From the NCBI GenBank assembly GCA_053919585.1, contig CM132783.1: 64,000 nt of DNA; one strand, given 5' to 3'. The DNA comes from Euprymna scolopes. Its lineage: Eukaryota. The notes beneath the pieces are model-generated. The model was not told the origin of the DNA and searched no databases. It saw nothing but the letters and a program-made list of their open reading frames with translations. The position numbers and the translations under genes are program-made. Shown in pieces: positions 1 through 12,485 of the stretch (position 1 is its first letter; each line of letters opens with the position of its first letter).

Positions 1-1639
1 CCTTGATAAGTAGTGATTCCTATGTAAAAAAAAAACCCTTCGTGTAAATCCAGTCTTTTAGCTGATTGAATAATGAGTTATCCTCTTGTAATAGAAATCC
101 TCCGAGATGCACCTTCCCCACTTACATGTTTGTCTTTACATACTGGAAGAGCACCCACATTTCTGCTAACTGAATCCTCTGTTTTCCTTTTTTCACCCCA
201 ATTAGATTCTACTTTCATTTATTGATAGATTTATTTTATTTCGTTCTGAATAAACGGAAATAAAATGTTGTTTGTTATTTAAAAGGATTGGGAGGCAGCC
301 ATAACAGGCGAACTGTAGCAATTGTACTATTATAAAAATGATGGCAACTAAGACGACATCGGTTGTGTCAACGTAAGTTTAACCTTAATAACAACAGGAA
401 AGAGGATGAATAGAGTAAGGGAGAAACAGATAGGGAAAGAAAAACGGATATGAAAACGTAGCATACGAGACAAATATAAAACTATGAAAAATTAGCTACG
501 CAGCTACGCAGCAATTCCTACATCTCCATTAAATAATACTTATGTTTGTTAAAGAAAAATAAAACAAATCATCACTCGAATTAGATGGTATTAAAGAAAA
601 CAAATATAATAGTTTCTGTGAAATAAACAATCCGTTCAATTTTACGAGAGTGATGAAGCTTATATTTTTGTATTGTCAAGAAATAGCGTTTTAATTTACT
701 TTGTAATGCCGTTAAAATGCATTGTTAGTCGGTGTTTTAATCGGTGACGGGCATTGTGTTATTTATCTTTATAATGCTTAATAAATTTGTTCAGATCATG
801 AAAATAACTTAATAATGGTTAATTCCAAAAAATAAATCATTTAATTCTAAATAACTGAATAAATGAAATCATGAAAAAAACAGCGAATGCAAAAGAAACA
901 AATATTCAATGAAATATGTTTGCATATTGATTTCGCGAATAACATCATTGTATTCGACCTAAATAGAAATTCCAGTTTATTTTATTTCGAGAACATAAAA
1001 GATGTGCTAACCTCCGTAATTGTATTATATAAATGCATAAAAAACAATTTTTCAAACTAATAAAATTCGAAATAATTTATAAAACTGATCTAAAACAAAG
1101 TAATTATCCGGATATTGCATTTTTATTCGCGTAAGAACATTTTGATAAAGTCAATGTTTAAATCGTTTGGATAGCAAAATTTTCCACGTCTAATTTATAA
1201 AAATTTCTATGTTTGTCCGTGTATTTTCATTTTAGACGCAATGCCGCAAAGCAATGTGAAGTGGATCAAATGATAGCATCTTTATGAACCAGTATTCAGC
1301 CGGTAAAAATAGCTGCTAAGGGGCAGAATTGAAAAAAACATTGGTAACTTGGAAGGCGAAAGTCAACAGAGTGTCTTGTCCGCATGAGCAAATATATGTT
1401 TATTGGTTAGAGTCGGTTGATATTGAACTATTTCTCATTCGTCTGACAATAACTGAAACAGTCACAACTTAGGGTAGAGCGTTAAATGCTTTGGTTTTAA
1501 TTCTAGCTGATGACATCCAAGTGATATATTTTTTGAACTTTTAAAATCGCTACTAAAAATTGGGCATAATATAATAATCATTAAAGAATTCGCTACATAA
1601 TAATAAAATACGAACTTTGATAAATTAACATATCATATT

Positions 1640-1681
1640 TAAGAGCATTTTACGACGGGGTAATGCCGGGCGCCCTGCTAG
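1640..1681 (+). mobile_element. Helitron-like 3' terminus (GC hairpin + CTAG)
   Basis: agcattttacgacggggtaatgccgggcgccctgCTAG|t; related ends at 7110-7149 and 18071-18101. Confidence 0.45.
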
Positions 1682-1955
1682 TAGTATTGTAAAAGACAAA
1701 AAATGTACGCAACTATTCATAACCGGAAATATATTTTTTTCTCTGCAAAAATTTACGTTTAGTGGCAATAATAATATTCCTTATTTATTATAATTATTGT
1801 TTTTTATAATACTCTGCCAATATAGAATATAGTCGATTAAAACAGAATTCGGCCCAAGAAAAAAATCCGTTGTTTATTTTGTTTCAAGAACATGTCTTAT
1901 CACACTTGATACATTTCTAGCTACATATTTCGACCTACCTATGTTATAAAAAAAC

Positions 1956-1961
<6 letters not shown>

Positions 1962-2022
<61 letters not shown>
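1962..2022. repeat. (TA)n microsatellite (others at ~17642, 18102, 20328, 27661, 40511, 48633, 49154, 54970, 63927)
   Basis: Directly visible. Confidence 0.97.
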
Positions 2023-2024
<2 letters not shown>

Positions 2025-2029
<5 letters not shown>

Positions 2030-3100
2030 CGTCGAAAGTACTCAGAAAAATTAATATAATTTATATGTTTCTGGAGACAGTTTGCTTAATTGTTTATTAG
2101 TAGTTATAATTATACATGTTGACAAATAAAAAGACAAATGTAAAAAATGTACTTGTTTGGGATCGAAAATAGGAGCCCATTTTAATTAACTTTAATTATA
2201 AAAGTACGATACGAATGATGAAGCCCAACGGATTGCAACTCAGATATGGTATTATATAAAAAGAAGAAAAAAGATAGAATCAGACTAGTAAATGCTAAAG
2301 TTTCCTGAATAATAATAAAGAAGAACTAAGAAAACACATAATATATAATAAAGAGAGACCGAATATTAAAGTAAGACCAAAACGTATAATACCAAGACCA
2401 GTGAAAGGAAAACAAAAAGAACAGACATGAACAATATAAGGAATCTACTTCATTAACTATATTTTACGTTGAACTATAACATTTCTATAAAAAATATGTG
2501 AACATGTAAAAATAAAAAAAATAGTCGATAGTAAGAATCACAATAAAACATGTCAGAGGAAACTACGTAAATAGACAAGAGCCAGAGAAAATTGTAAAAT
2601 AATATCATAAATATTGAAAAACCGACAATCCAGTTATGCCAGAAGGGATATAAAAATTAGGAATGACTGTCTTGGGATCAGTTGAGACATGAAATCATTT
2701 TAAAATTAGTGCTTGAAAAAAATAGAGAAAGCTATTTGAAACTGATTTGTATAGTAAAAACTTAATAAAACGAATAAATGCGTGGTTACTCTTCATAATA
2801 AAATATATAAATTGGACAGACGAATAACCCTGGAATCAGAATCAAATAAAAAGTACACCCATTCCAAAATATAACACCCAGAATCCGACCAATGATATTG
2901 AGCGAATAAGAGGAGAGAGTACTGGGAAATAGTTCCGATAGTTCCGATAGTACGATAAAAATTAAAAAATAGGCGCATGTAAACACGTGGACATGACTTG
3001 GAGGATATGACATAGAGATTATAAATCATGAAAAAAGCAACGCTATTCTTATTGTTGCAAATAATAGAAAAATTCACTCAGGTAAACAACAACACTATTT
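2025..3100 (+). mobile_element. Highly decayed Penelope-like element fragment
   Basis: Broken frame around 2790-2900 gives IGQTNNPGIRIK*..H.FQNITPRIRPMILSE, resembling a GIY-YIG endonuclease. Begins at a (TA)n tract. Boundaries approximate. Confidence 0.35.
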
Positions 3101-3479
3101 AAATCAGACGAAATTGTTAGAAAAGTCCTAGATTGCTACAACCAACTATAATATTCCGGTGACAGCAATAAATCACAAGTACGTTTCATAAAATAGCGCT
3201 GCATTAAGTAAACTAAAAATACACAATTAACATAAGACGTAAACAAGGTAAAAGCAGTTTATATAAAACAATTAAAATAATTATTAAACAGAATTTGCTA
3301 AATGAAGACAGTTGCATCAACATCGGTATGAAACACACCGCCGTTATCAGTGAGGTAAACGAATTTTATGAGAAAGCAAAAAGATTTACAACGATGATAA
3401 AATGACGCTCAGAGTAGTTGATATCGGGGGAAATTTGGTATAAATCGTATTCACAAAATACTTCCTATTTTGTCAGTTA

Positions 3480-4031
3480 TTAAAAACTCTTCTTAAAAAA
3501 AGAATGGGAGAGATTGGGATTAGAAGGATGGCTGGGAAGATACAACAGATAACAATAATAAAAATTGCAGAAATATTAACAAAATCATGGAATGTGAACA
3601 TTAATATCACACTTGAACTACAAACAGCTGCAAGTGTTAAACACAAAACAACATCACAGGTACTACTATGCGGCTCTGCGTTCTGGCTACCCTTTTTTGT
3701 ATGTGCGTGTGTGTGTGTGTGTGCTCCACATGAAATAAGTAAGAAGGGTCAAAGAGGATGGAAAGATCGAAGAGAGAAAGCCCTCCGCTGGATGAGTGCG
3801 AAGACTGGGACTTTGGGAGGGCTTATTACCAACTAAATCCCAGCAAATACCAATGGTCGCTGACAACGGGAAATCAATGGTAAGCGACTGTTGCGATGAC
3901 GCAAATTCTTTTTGGAAATGTTATCGAAAGAAGTGGAGAGTACTGGAAATCATGGAAGACTTGTTGCCACGAAGATCCCAGAGAACAGCACAAGTCGTTC
4001 TTAAAGAGAAATCATTGATGATGGCCTGCGT
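3480..4031 (+). mobile_element. RLE-type (R4/Dong-like) non-LTR 3' fragments
   Basis: MGEIGIRRMAGKIQQITIIKIAEILTK resembles the C-terminal tail of restriction-like-endonuclease retrotransposons. Confidence 0.35.
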
Positions 4032-4271
4032 NNNNNNNNNNNNNNNNNNNNNNNNNNNNNNNNNNNNNNNNNNNNNNNNNNNNNNNNNNNNNNNNNNNNN
4101 NNNNNNNNNNNNNNNNNNNNNNNNNNNNNNNNNNNNNNNNNNNNNNNNNNNNNNNNNNNNNNNNNNNNNNNNNNNNNNNNNNNNNNNNNNNNNNNNNNNN
4201 ATTGCCAGCGAGAAATCATAATAATAATATGACGGATATAATGAAAAGATGAGGAATTTAGGAATAGTGAA

Positions 4272-4430
4272 TTATTTTATTTTATTTTTTATTTATTTAT
4301 TTTTTTACACAGTGATCACCACTTATCAAGGCCCGGAAGCCACTCAGGGATAAGGGTTATTGCAAGTACATTACGTTAGTGTGGAGATTTGATGAAGTGT
4401 TTACTTAAGGGGGCGGTTCATTAGGAATTT
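4272..4430 (-). mobile_element. CR1-group LINE 3' end with A-rich tail
   Basis: Near-identical reverse complement of 9028-9160. Confidence 0.8.
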
Positions 4431-4694
4431 CTTTTAAAAATAGAAACAAGTTGTAATATAAGAAGCAACTACAAAAAATTGTCTATTCATTGTGACAGAA
4501 CGAGTGAAATTATTCGAAAGGTTTTTAAGCCTTATCGTATAAAGAGGGTTCGTTTTTTGTCATAAAGTATTATCACTTATGCAGAAATAATGATGGGTTT
4601 ATTTTATCATTGCTTTCTTAAGATTGTGTGCTTTTTGAGAATACGCATACCGATTATATATAAAGGAAATATATCTCAACAACTTGGAACTTAC

Positions 4695-4725
4695 CAGCCA
4701 AAATTGTGATGATTTTTGTTGCCAT
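4695..4725 (-). CDS. suckerin: Suckerin paralog (gene 0), first coding exon: signal-peptide start MATKIITILA(G); downstream exons not found in window
   Basis: Reverse complement reads tttcacag|cttattaatctacagaagtc-ATG GCA ACA AAA ATC ATC ACA ATT TTG GCT G|gtaagt. This is the same 31-nt phase-1 coding segment as gene 1 (MAAKIITLLA) and gene 2 (MSAKVITLLA). Exon spans ~4695-4745. Confidence 0.85.
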
Positions 4726-5611
4726 GACTTCTGTAGATTAATAAGCTGTGAAATAAACAAATAAAACAATGCTTTTAGTATTTTAGCTTTTAGTATCTAT
4801 TTCGAAAAATGTAAAACGTGACTTCTGTTAAATCCTTCAACGGATGGAAATATTATACAGTTTCACACATGAACATACAATTACAATTAGAGACAAGAAT
4901 ATTATACGTTACAACATAACCGATTATCTTCCCCACACGGTTTAATTCTACATTAAATATAGACTCGAAAAATATGAATAAAACTCTTAACTAAAACATT
5001 CGTCAAAATTTACTTGAAAACTGTTATACGCTGGACAGTTCAATGAGTGATTTTGTTAACTGATTAAACATTATGCTTATATAGGATTGACAATCGATCC
5101 GAATAAAAAAAATGATTTAAATCATGCCGTGCGACTGATTATGATATTAAAATATATATTTAAGGTTTTGCTATTAATTTGAAAACTCACATTAGGAGCC
5201 ATTGCATGTTTATATCTGCCTTTATTGCATTTTTCTAACTTAGATAACAGTTCGGATTAGCACCGACTTCGCTTCGATAAATCCGATGAAAAATTACTAA
5301 AGGAGATGTTCCGAACGAAAGCTATTTAAAAAAGGTGAATTTAATTAAACATTCGACATTTATAATAGAATTATGTCGGTTATTAAGAAATATCCAACTC
5401 GCTAGTTATTATAGATTAAATATTGTTTTTTAATTTAAATCTTGATTATAACTTGATGTAATCTCTGATAAAGATATATTTCTTTTAATAGAAATGTTTT
5501 TTCTACTAAAGTGTACATGCTTCAGGGCAGTTTATATATTAAATTGATCTAAACAATTTAATGAAAATTTAAAACAAAGTAGAATTGAAGAAAAGGAATA
5601 TGAAGACTTAC

Positions 5612-5653
5612 CAGAAATGGATAGTCACACGAAAATTGAGCAAAGCGGAGACT
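5612..5653 (-). other. Gene 0 non-coding exon 1 (TSS approximate)
   Basis: Minus strand aagtctccgctttgctcaattttcgtgtgactatccatttctg|gtaagt aligns with gene 2 exon 1 (agtctctgctttgctcaacctttgagtgactatccatttccg|gtgagt). Confidence 0.75.
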
Positions 5654-5850
5654 TCGAAAGGAAGGTTCGCGAGCTGGCTTTTATAGCAAACAGTTAGACA
5701 CATTCTGGAAGAACTGCTTTGAAAATAAATCTTTTACGATTGAGCCTGAAAACCAAAATAACTACAGGTCGTGGGAACAACAGGGTGTACCTTTATTGAA
5801 TCGTTTATTATTAATTGTTATCTTAATTGACCAAAAACTCGTAGATTTTA
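5654..5850 (-). promoter_or_regulatory. Gene 0 core/proximal promoter, TATAAAA at 5685-5679
   Basis: Minus strand ...cacgacctgtagttatt...tattttcaaagcagttcttccagaa...tgtttgcTATAAAAgccagctcgc, homologous to the promoters at ~14130-14301 and ~57485-57674. Confidence 0.8.
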
Positions 5851-6598
5851 AATAAATTCAATTGTTTCTTTTTAAGGTATTCTTTCATTAACATTTAAAT
5901 GTATGAAGGAAAATTATAAAAAGAGAGACGATCGGTCAAAATTAGTGCACGCGTAACAATATAGCTTGTATACGCTCGATGACGTAACAACATCTAAAAA
6001 ATTAATAATTGTTTCTATCTGTTAAGAAAAATTAAATATAGAACGTGTTGACCAATTCACCGTACATACGCACTCGGCAACTACGGAATCCACAACACGG
6101 CAATGCATGTTATAGCAATGTTATTGCGTACTATGTTTGTATTGCCTTCTCTATTGAAAAATTGCTTAAACTTCCACGATAGAAATAAATATAATGATAT
6201 TATTGTGAATCTGTTACAGCATTCTCCCCGGTGGTTTGAGCCAGCTTCAAAAGAAGGTTTTAGCGTTGTTTCGCAAGGCGTTCATCCATATCCATGGATG
6301 ATTTTTTTCAACGCATAATTGTCACGCTTTTATAATCAAATGCAACTTCTAACTTAGTTGAGACAAGTCCACAGCCGACCCGGAAATGGATCCGAATTTA
6401 TTGCCTCGTTTATCTTTTTCTGATTTAATACTTTTACATAGAATCTGCCAGATAAGACAAGCTTATACCTACTGAAGCTCAAAAGAATTTTAAGGAGATA
6501 CTCATTCGGGCACATTAACTCCTTCCCTCATAGCTATTGAGCGATGGGATTATTTTCAAACCGGTTCGTATGTGGAAGAGTACATCTCGCTCTTTTTA

Positions 6599-7149
6599 TC
6601 TATACATTAATGGGATAGCGTGTGTGTTATTTTTGTATGTCACGCTTACATCAGAGTGACTGTCGTTTGATTGTTATTGACTTCCATTTCTTATAATAAA
6701 TAATTTTACGAAGAATTCTCCATAAGTTTTGGTTTCGGTTTCGATTATAGCTGATGGCACTCCAGTAATCTATTTATTGTAAATAATTTATCAAGAATTC
6801 TTCATAATTTTNNNNNNNNNNNNNNNNNNNNNNNNNNNNNNNNNNNNNNNNNNNNNNNNNNNNNNNNNNNNNNNNNNNNNNNNNNNNNNNNNNNNNNNNN
6901 NNNNNNNNNNNNNNNNNNNNNNNNNNNNNNNNNNNNNNNNNNNNNNNNNNNNNNNNNNNNNNNNNNNNGTTTGCCTTCGATTCAAGCTGATGCACCGAAG
7001 TCATATGAATATTTTTTTTTTTTTTTGAAATCGCAACTTTATGATATATAAGAACCTTAGCTCTGTTATAATATATACGAAATGTGCAAGAATGAAAATA
7101 TCGTTTAAAGCATTCTTTACGACCGGGCTACGCCGGGCGTCTCTGCTAG
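6599..7149 (+). mobile_element. Non-autonomous Helitron-like element (contains N gap)
   Basis: Starts a|TCtatac, carries internal ~85-bp repeats, ends gaccgggctacgccgggcgtctctgCTAG. Confidence 0.45.
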
Positions 7150-7559
7150 CTTACGTGCTTTTGCAGTTTAAACAAAATAGCTACAATAATATCAGAGCGT
7201 CTCCATTTACGCTGAATATCTACAGAATGCCAACATCAATATATTAAAATACGAATGAATCGTTTGCGGAACTTTCACAGTTTCTGCTTTTTTTTTCATT
7301 TAAGTAATGTGCCGTTTTTGCTTTTCATTCATTTTTAAGTGTCAGACAGATTCCATATTTTTGTTGAAAACTAACCTAACATATATGAATGTTATATTTC
7401 TTAAACAAAATGAAAAGTATTTTAAAAATACCGTCTGCTTTTGTACTCCATCCCTCTTCTTTTTAGAATTGCTATTCGTGGGAACTGCCACGCCATTTAT
7501 TTCTCCAATGGTTGACAAAGATAACACTGGGAAACAACTTGTTTCTTTTAATGTTACCT

Positions 7560-8800
7560 AGATTTCTACGGCTCATTCGGTTTATTTTAGCATTGCTGAA
7601 TGGAAAAAATTCACCCGTTTTCTCCTCAGCTAAGGATTTGGTGCTAAGTTGATTTTGAAATAAATCAGATCTTGTGACAAAATTGATTACATTTTTGTGG
7701 CATTATCCGCAGAATTTAGTCAATATATATCATCCATGTTTTTAATAAATAATCTTTTTGTCAACAGTATATATTATTACCTGGTAGAAACATCTATTAC
7801 TGTAAATTGAATGGTGAGCATAAGTAAATATAAGTACACGCTAATTGTTTGTCGCTTCAACATTGTTCAAACTTCAGGGTTTAAATTTGTTAGAACTCCT
7901 GAGATTATTCAACGGCTTGAAGGTATCTCTTTAGATTCTGACAGTAGTCAGCCATCATTATTGCGTTCCAGTAATACTGATATATTTTCCCCTCTCTTTC
8001 AGATCCTGATGGAATCTCTCTTTTTCTCGTCACTCATTAAACAAAGGTTCTCAGAAAACGGATCCACATTTGAAAATCTTGACGATCATGTTTCAGCCCA
8101 TGTTTCTGAAATCAGTCAACATTTTGCTGACAAGTTCTGCGTAGTTTCTGATCTTGATATTGCCAAAGCATTCTTACTACCAGCACAAGTACTTTTCTCG
8201 TTTCCAATGAGTACCAATTTTTTTTAAGATTTCGAAGTTTTATGGCATCATCCTCATCCCTTTCCAACATAATCACCCAGAATTATCAGACCTGAATATA
8301 TCTTGCCATTAAAAGAATCATTTCCAATCAAAATAATTATTCAACATAGATTTTTACCTCCACCAGCTATTTAAATGCTTTACATATGCGTAAATGTAAA
8401 CAAAAACATGCAAAACGACATGTAATCATAGTTCAAAAAGAAATTACGTGACTGAGTAACACTAAATGTTCTTTTCGGATTCAACGCGTCGGATTCGCCT
8501 TAAGTCAGTTGTAAAATGCAGAAGAAAAAAACAAAATTTGTTGTTGACGAATGCAATTTTTTCCCTCATTCTATTTCTGCTTTTTCTCTCTAACCATCTA
8601 TTGACTTCTTCCATAATGTTTTCTAATCATAATATGACAATAACAAAAAAGGACTGGTTTAATCCCAGTCCTCTAAATGCTAAAATAAAGCCTCATTAAC
8701 ATATCGCCATTTTCAAGTATCAATCTTTAGCTTACAGTAGACCAACATATTCTTTCTGTACAAAGTTTACACTGAAGATTTCATGATTACAATAAATTTG
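7560..8800 (-). mobile_element. Chapaev3-like (CMC) DNA transposon remnant
   Basis: Minus-strand broken frame ~8180-7930: FGNIKIRNYAELVSKMLTDFRNMG*NMIVK...ENL..MSDE..RFHQDLKE...YQ..W...MMADYC, matching the Chapaev3 motif SDEHGERFHQD..RYQG..MLADYCW. Outer limits approximate. Confidence 0.62.
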
Positions 8801-8864
8801 TATCAATAACTGACCTTCGAGATTACAACATCATCGTGATTTAGCTTACATTCGTAATAGCTTC

Positions 8865-9160
8865 CCAAATGGAGGGATATCTCCCCTACTCTTTATCTGT
8901 GCCTAAATCAAAACCTGGATTCCATGAACAAAGCTTCTTTCTTAGAACTGCACGCCTGTGGAACTCTGTTTCGTCTGCCTGCTTCCCACCTGACTACAAC
9001 TTGGATGTGTTCAAGTCCAACGTTAACAAATTCCTAATGAACCGCCCCCTTAAGTAAATACTTCATCAAATCTCCACACTAACGTAATGCACTTCCAATA
9101 ACCCTTATGCCTGAGTGGCTTCCGGGCCTTGATAAGTGGTGACCACTGTGTAAAAAAAAA
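8865..9160 (+). mobile_element. CR1-group LINE 3' end (ORF2 C-terminus, 3'UTR, polyA)
   Basis: SFFLRTARLWNSVSSACFPPDYNLDVFKSNVNKFL, then 3'UTR and A-tail. Confidence 0.8.
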
Positions 9161-9299
9161 TCTCCTAAACTGGCCCACATGTATTTCAGCGTAACACTTG
9201 CTCTCATGTTATCATGATTGTTAAGTTATCAAGAACCTCAGCGCCAACCAGAGAACGGGCCATAAAAGCTTTTCTATCATAATCACTAAGAAACTGCAA

Positions 9300-10250
9300 C
9301 AGGAATTACCTCTAATTCTCACAAAGTTTTTATGCTGTAGTTTATAAAATAAGGTTTCACATCATGTTGGAAAGCATCATTAATTTTTCCAGTATTTAAA
9401 ACTACAACTTCCTTTGCTCTACTATTTATAAATAAGTTGTCTGAATCTGTAATAATCAAAAATGTTTTTATGTACCTCAGCAATGACAATCTACTCCGTG
9501 AAGTGATATCACACAAAATTAGTGAATCTTTTGATGGGGAGTTTATTTCTTGCGCAATAGCTCCTGATATATCAAAGGCCTTTAGTAAGGTTTGAAGCAA
9601 AAGTCTGTTTCACTCGTTTGTGAGCTATGGAATATCTGGAATTCCCTACTAAACCATAAAACCTTTTCTCTGTGATAGGTTTATAAAAGTAGTTGTTCAA
9701 GGTCAGAAATCTGAAGTTATTTGTTTCATCGCAAGCGCGCACTAAAGATTAAACACACTTCCTATTATTCATCAATGACTTTGCACATTACATTCTAGGA
9801 TCATTTTGTGGTATATCTGAAGGTGACACAATCATTTTATTAGAGTATTTCGAATGACATAAAAGATAAATATATTTTAGCTCTTTTCCGACTTGGATTA
9901 CGTGATAGAAAAAAAAAGTATCTGCTTACTTTTAATATATCTAAATCAATTTCACACACAACACTCAAATTTTCACGTTCCCTAGTTTAAATGAATGAAG
10001 CTCCATTTAAGGAGTGATCAGTTTTCATGATCTTCTTGACCTCATATTTGACGTGAAAGACTTATATGAGATATGTTAGATCATTCAACTGCTCTAGAAA
10101 GTAACTAACTCATAAAAAGATCCTCCACCTAAATTAAAACCTGATGCAGCCCAAGATAGAATACTGTGGCCACATCTAAGAAGGTGCCGCTGAAAAATAA
10201 CTCAGTGATCATAATATTATATAGGTTCAACGAGCACTTTTCAGACTAAG
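9300..10250 (+). mobile_element. Old CR1-group LINE reverse transcriptase remnant
   Basis: AIAPDISKAFSKV, SYGISG, LLFIND and QPKIEYCGHI motifs, with stops and frameshifts. Confidence 0.68.
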
Positions 10251-11347
10251 TTGTTAATAATAAATAATAAGAATATATTATATACACAATTTGACTTAAA
10301 AACCTAAAATGATGTTATACGTCGAAATTCGGACGAGATATGATATGTCGACAGTTGGTTGTCGTCAATGACCCATTTCGGTACATCGATGTTATTGCTA
10401 AGTTCCGCACGAGTAGTGAACCATAACGATTACACATGAGTGGCTGCTGAATGAATAGCATCAATTATTTCTTAGTGGTTACGCGTTTTAGAGTAAGGAT
10501 GAGACCAGTCATTCTTTTGCTGAGCTGCTTTCATATGTTAACACATCTGAATCTTTGGTCAAGGAGAAGTAAATACATACATCACTACAATGGAGTACTA
10601 TAACAAAATAACCATCCACCATTAACCTTTGGATCGAGATGGATGTATTACAATAAAGAAGAATATTTGTCGAGTAAATATACAATGAAACGTTTCGCAT
10701 GTCGGACATGCCTATCTGCCACGTTCATAAAAATCTATTTACAATCGTAGACTTTTATGGGGGGATTGATCTGCACATAGGAATAATTTTTAATCTGAGA
10801 GAACGAACTGATTCGAATGAAAAGCAGTAAGATGATATTAAGATAGCAAAGAAGAGTTAGTTGTTCAAAATCGTTATTCGAAATACTATATCATATAAAT
10901 GCGACTGTATTATATCGTCGGTTAGCGGAATTTTGTTACACCTTCAAATAATAAAAAATATAACGTCGCTTGTGAAGATAGGTTACCAACTAAAGTTTCC
11001 AAGACTGTCAAACAACAGAGCGAAATAATTGAAGCGGCTCAATAGTGCGCTAATTAAAACATACGATAGGTGAGTTTGAAACAATTATAAAATAAGTCTA
11101 ATATATATTGCTTCGAGAATTTTCGCAATTGTCTTCCATCGACATCCAAGAGGAAGCGTGTAAATAACATTTGACATAATCAATGAAGCGTCTACTGGGA
11201 GAAAAATCGTGCCGACTAAATATTTATATGCTTAAAGTATTGGAGCAACGCTGGTGCTCTCAGCCTTGTAAGCTAATTATAAGACACAAATTTGCTAAAT
11301 TTCAATCAATGCCTACAGTAAGTATATCAAACACAAAATTAGGGTTA

Positions 11348-12485
11348 CACTGAAGGGAATGCTTACTTTAGTTTTCTGGTAAAGTGCAGGTTGTACAAAA
11401 TGACACTGAATAGGTAAAAATCTTTATCATTTTACCTTTAATGATTATTTCAGATATTTTACAAACAATATTTTGGCAATTAATTATGGATAAGTATAGT
11501 ATTGAACAACGTACGCAAGTTGTGAAATTGTTTTACCAAAATTAGAGGTCAATTGTTTTGACCCACAAAGCTTATCAACGGCATTTTCATGTAAAAGATT
11601 ACCCAGGTCACAACATAATTCGAAACATTGTGCGCCGATGAGAAAACCAAGGAGCAATACTTGATCTTTCGCGAGCTGGCAGACTTCTTCACAAATGAAA
11701 ATAGGGAAAGAGTTCGAGAGAGCGTGGAGCAGCATCCTAAAACATCAATTCTACGACGTTTCACACAACTTCGGATATGTCGAAGCTGACTACACAATAT
11801 GCTGCACGTTTTAAAACTCTTTCCTTATAAAGTGCAGCTTGTTCAACACTTGACGCCTGGAGATTATCACTGCATAGTGTTCAGTAACGGGGGAGAAGAT
11901 AATTGAACCTTTTTGTTTTTTGAAGATCAAGATGAAAATGCTGTCATCGTTACTGGAGAGAAATACCGGACTATGATTACAGACGCCCATAAATTAAAAA
12001 TAAACCAGGAGTATGGTTCCAACAAGATGGAGCAACAGTACCTACGGCGAAAGACACCATGGAGCTTCTCAGGCAATGCTTTGGCGACAAGATTATCTCT
12101 CGCTATGGAAATGTCAAATGTCCACCACTTCCCCAAGCCTTGACTAGCTCCGAATTTTTCTTGTTTGGATATCTTAAAGAAAGAGTCTATGTAAACAGAC
12201 CCTAATTCCTGCAAGAATTGAAGAAAAACATCAGAAACGAAATAAGGGAGTTAAATCGAAATCCAGAGATTTTGCAATCTGTCATGAATAATGTTCTGAA
12301 AAGATCACAAATATGCGAAGCTAAAAGTGGGCAACATTTAAAATAAATTATTTTTTATAAATAAAATTTTTTCAATTTTCCCTGTTATTTAAAAATATTT
12401 CACAATGTCTTTGTCAGATTGTGTTAAAATTACAGAAGATATCATCAAACATAAAGAATCTATTTAAGTTCGAAACCCTTCAGTG
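11348..12485 (+). mobile_element. Tc1/mariner DD41D (rosa/Visitor-type) transposon remnant; transposase ~11486-12360 disrupted
   Basis: MDKYSIEQRTQVVKLFYQN start, FFED...VTGEKYRTMI, then WFQQDGAT with 41 residues to the third acidic position followed by FFLFGYLKERVYVNRP. Candidate 10-bp TIR cactgaaggg (11348, after TA) / cccttcagtg (12476). Confidence 0.75.
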
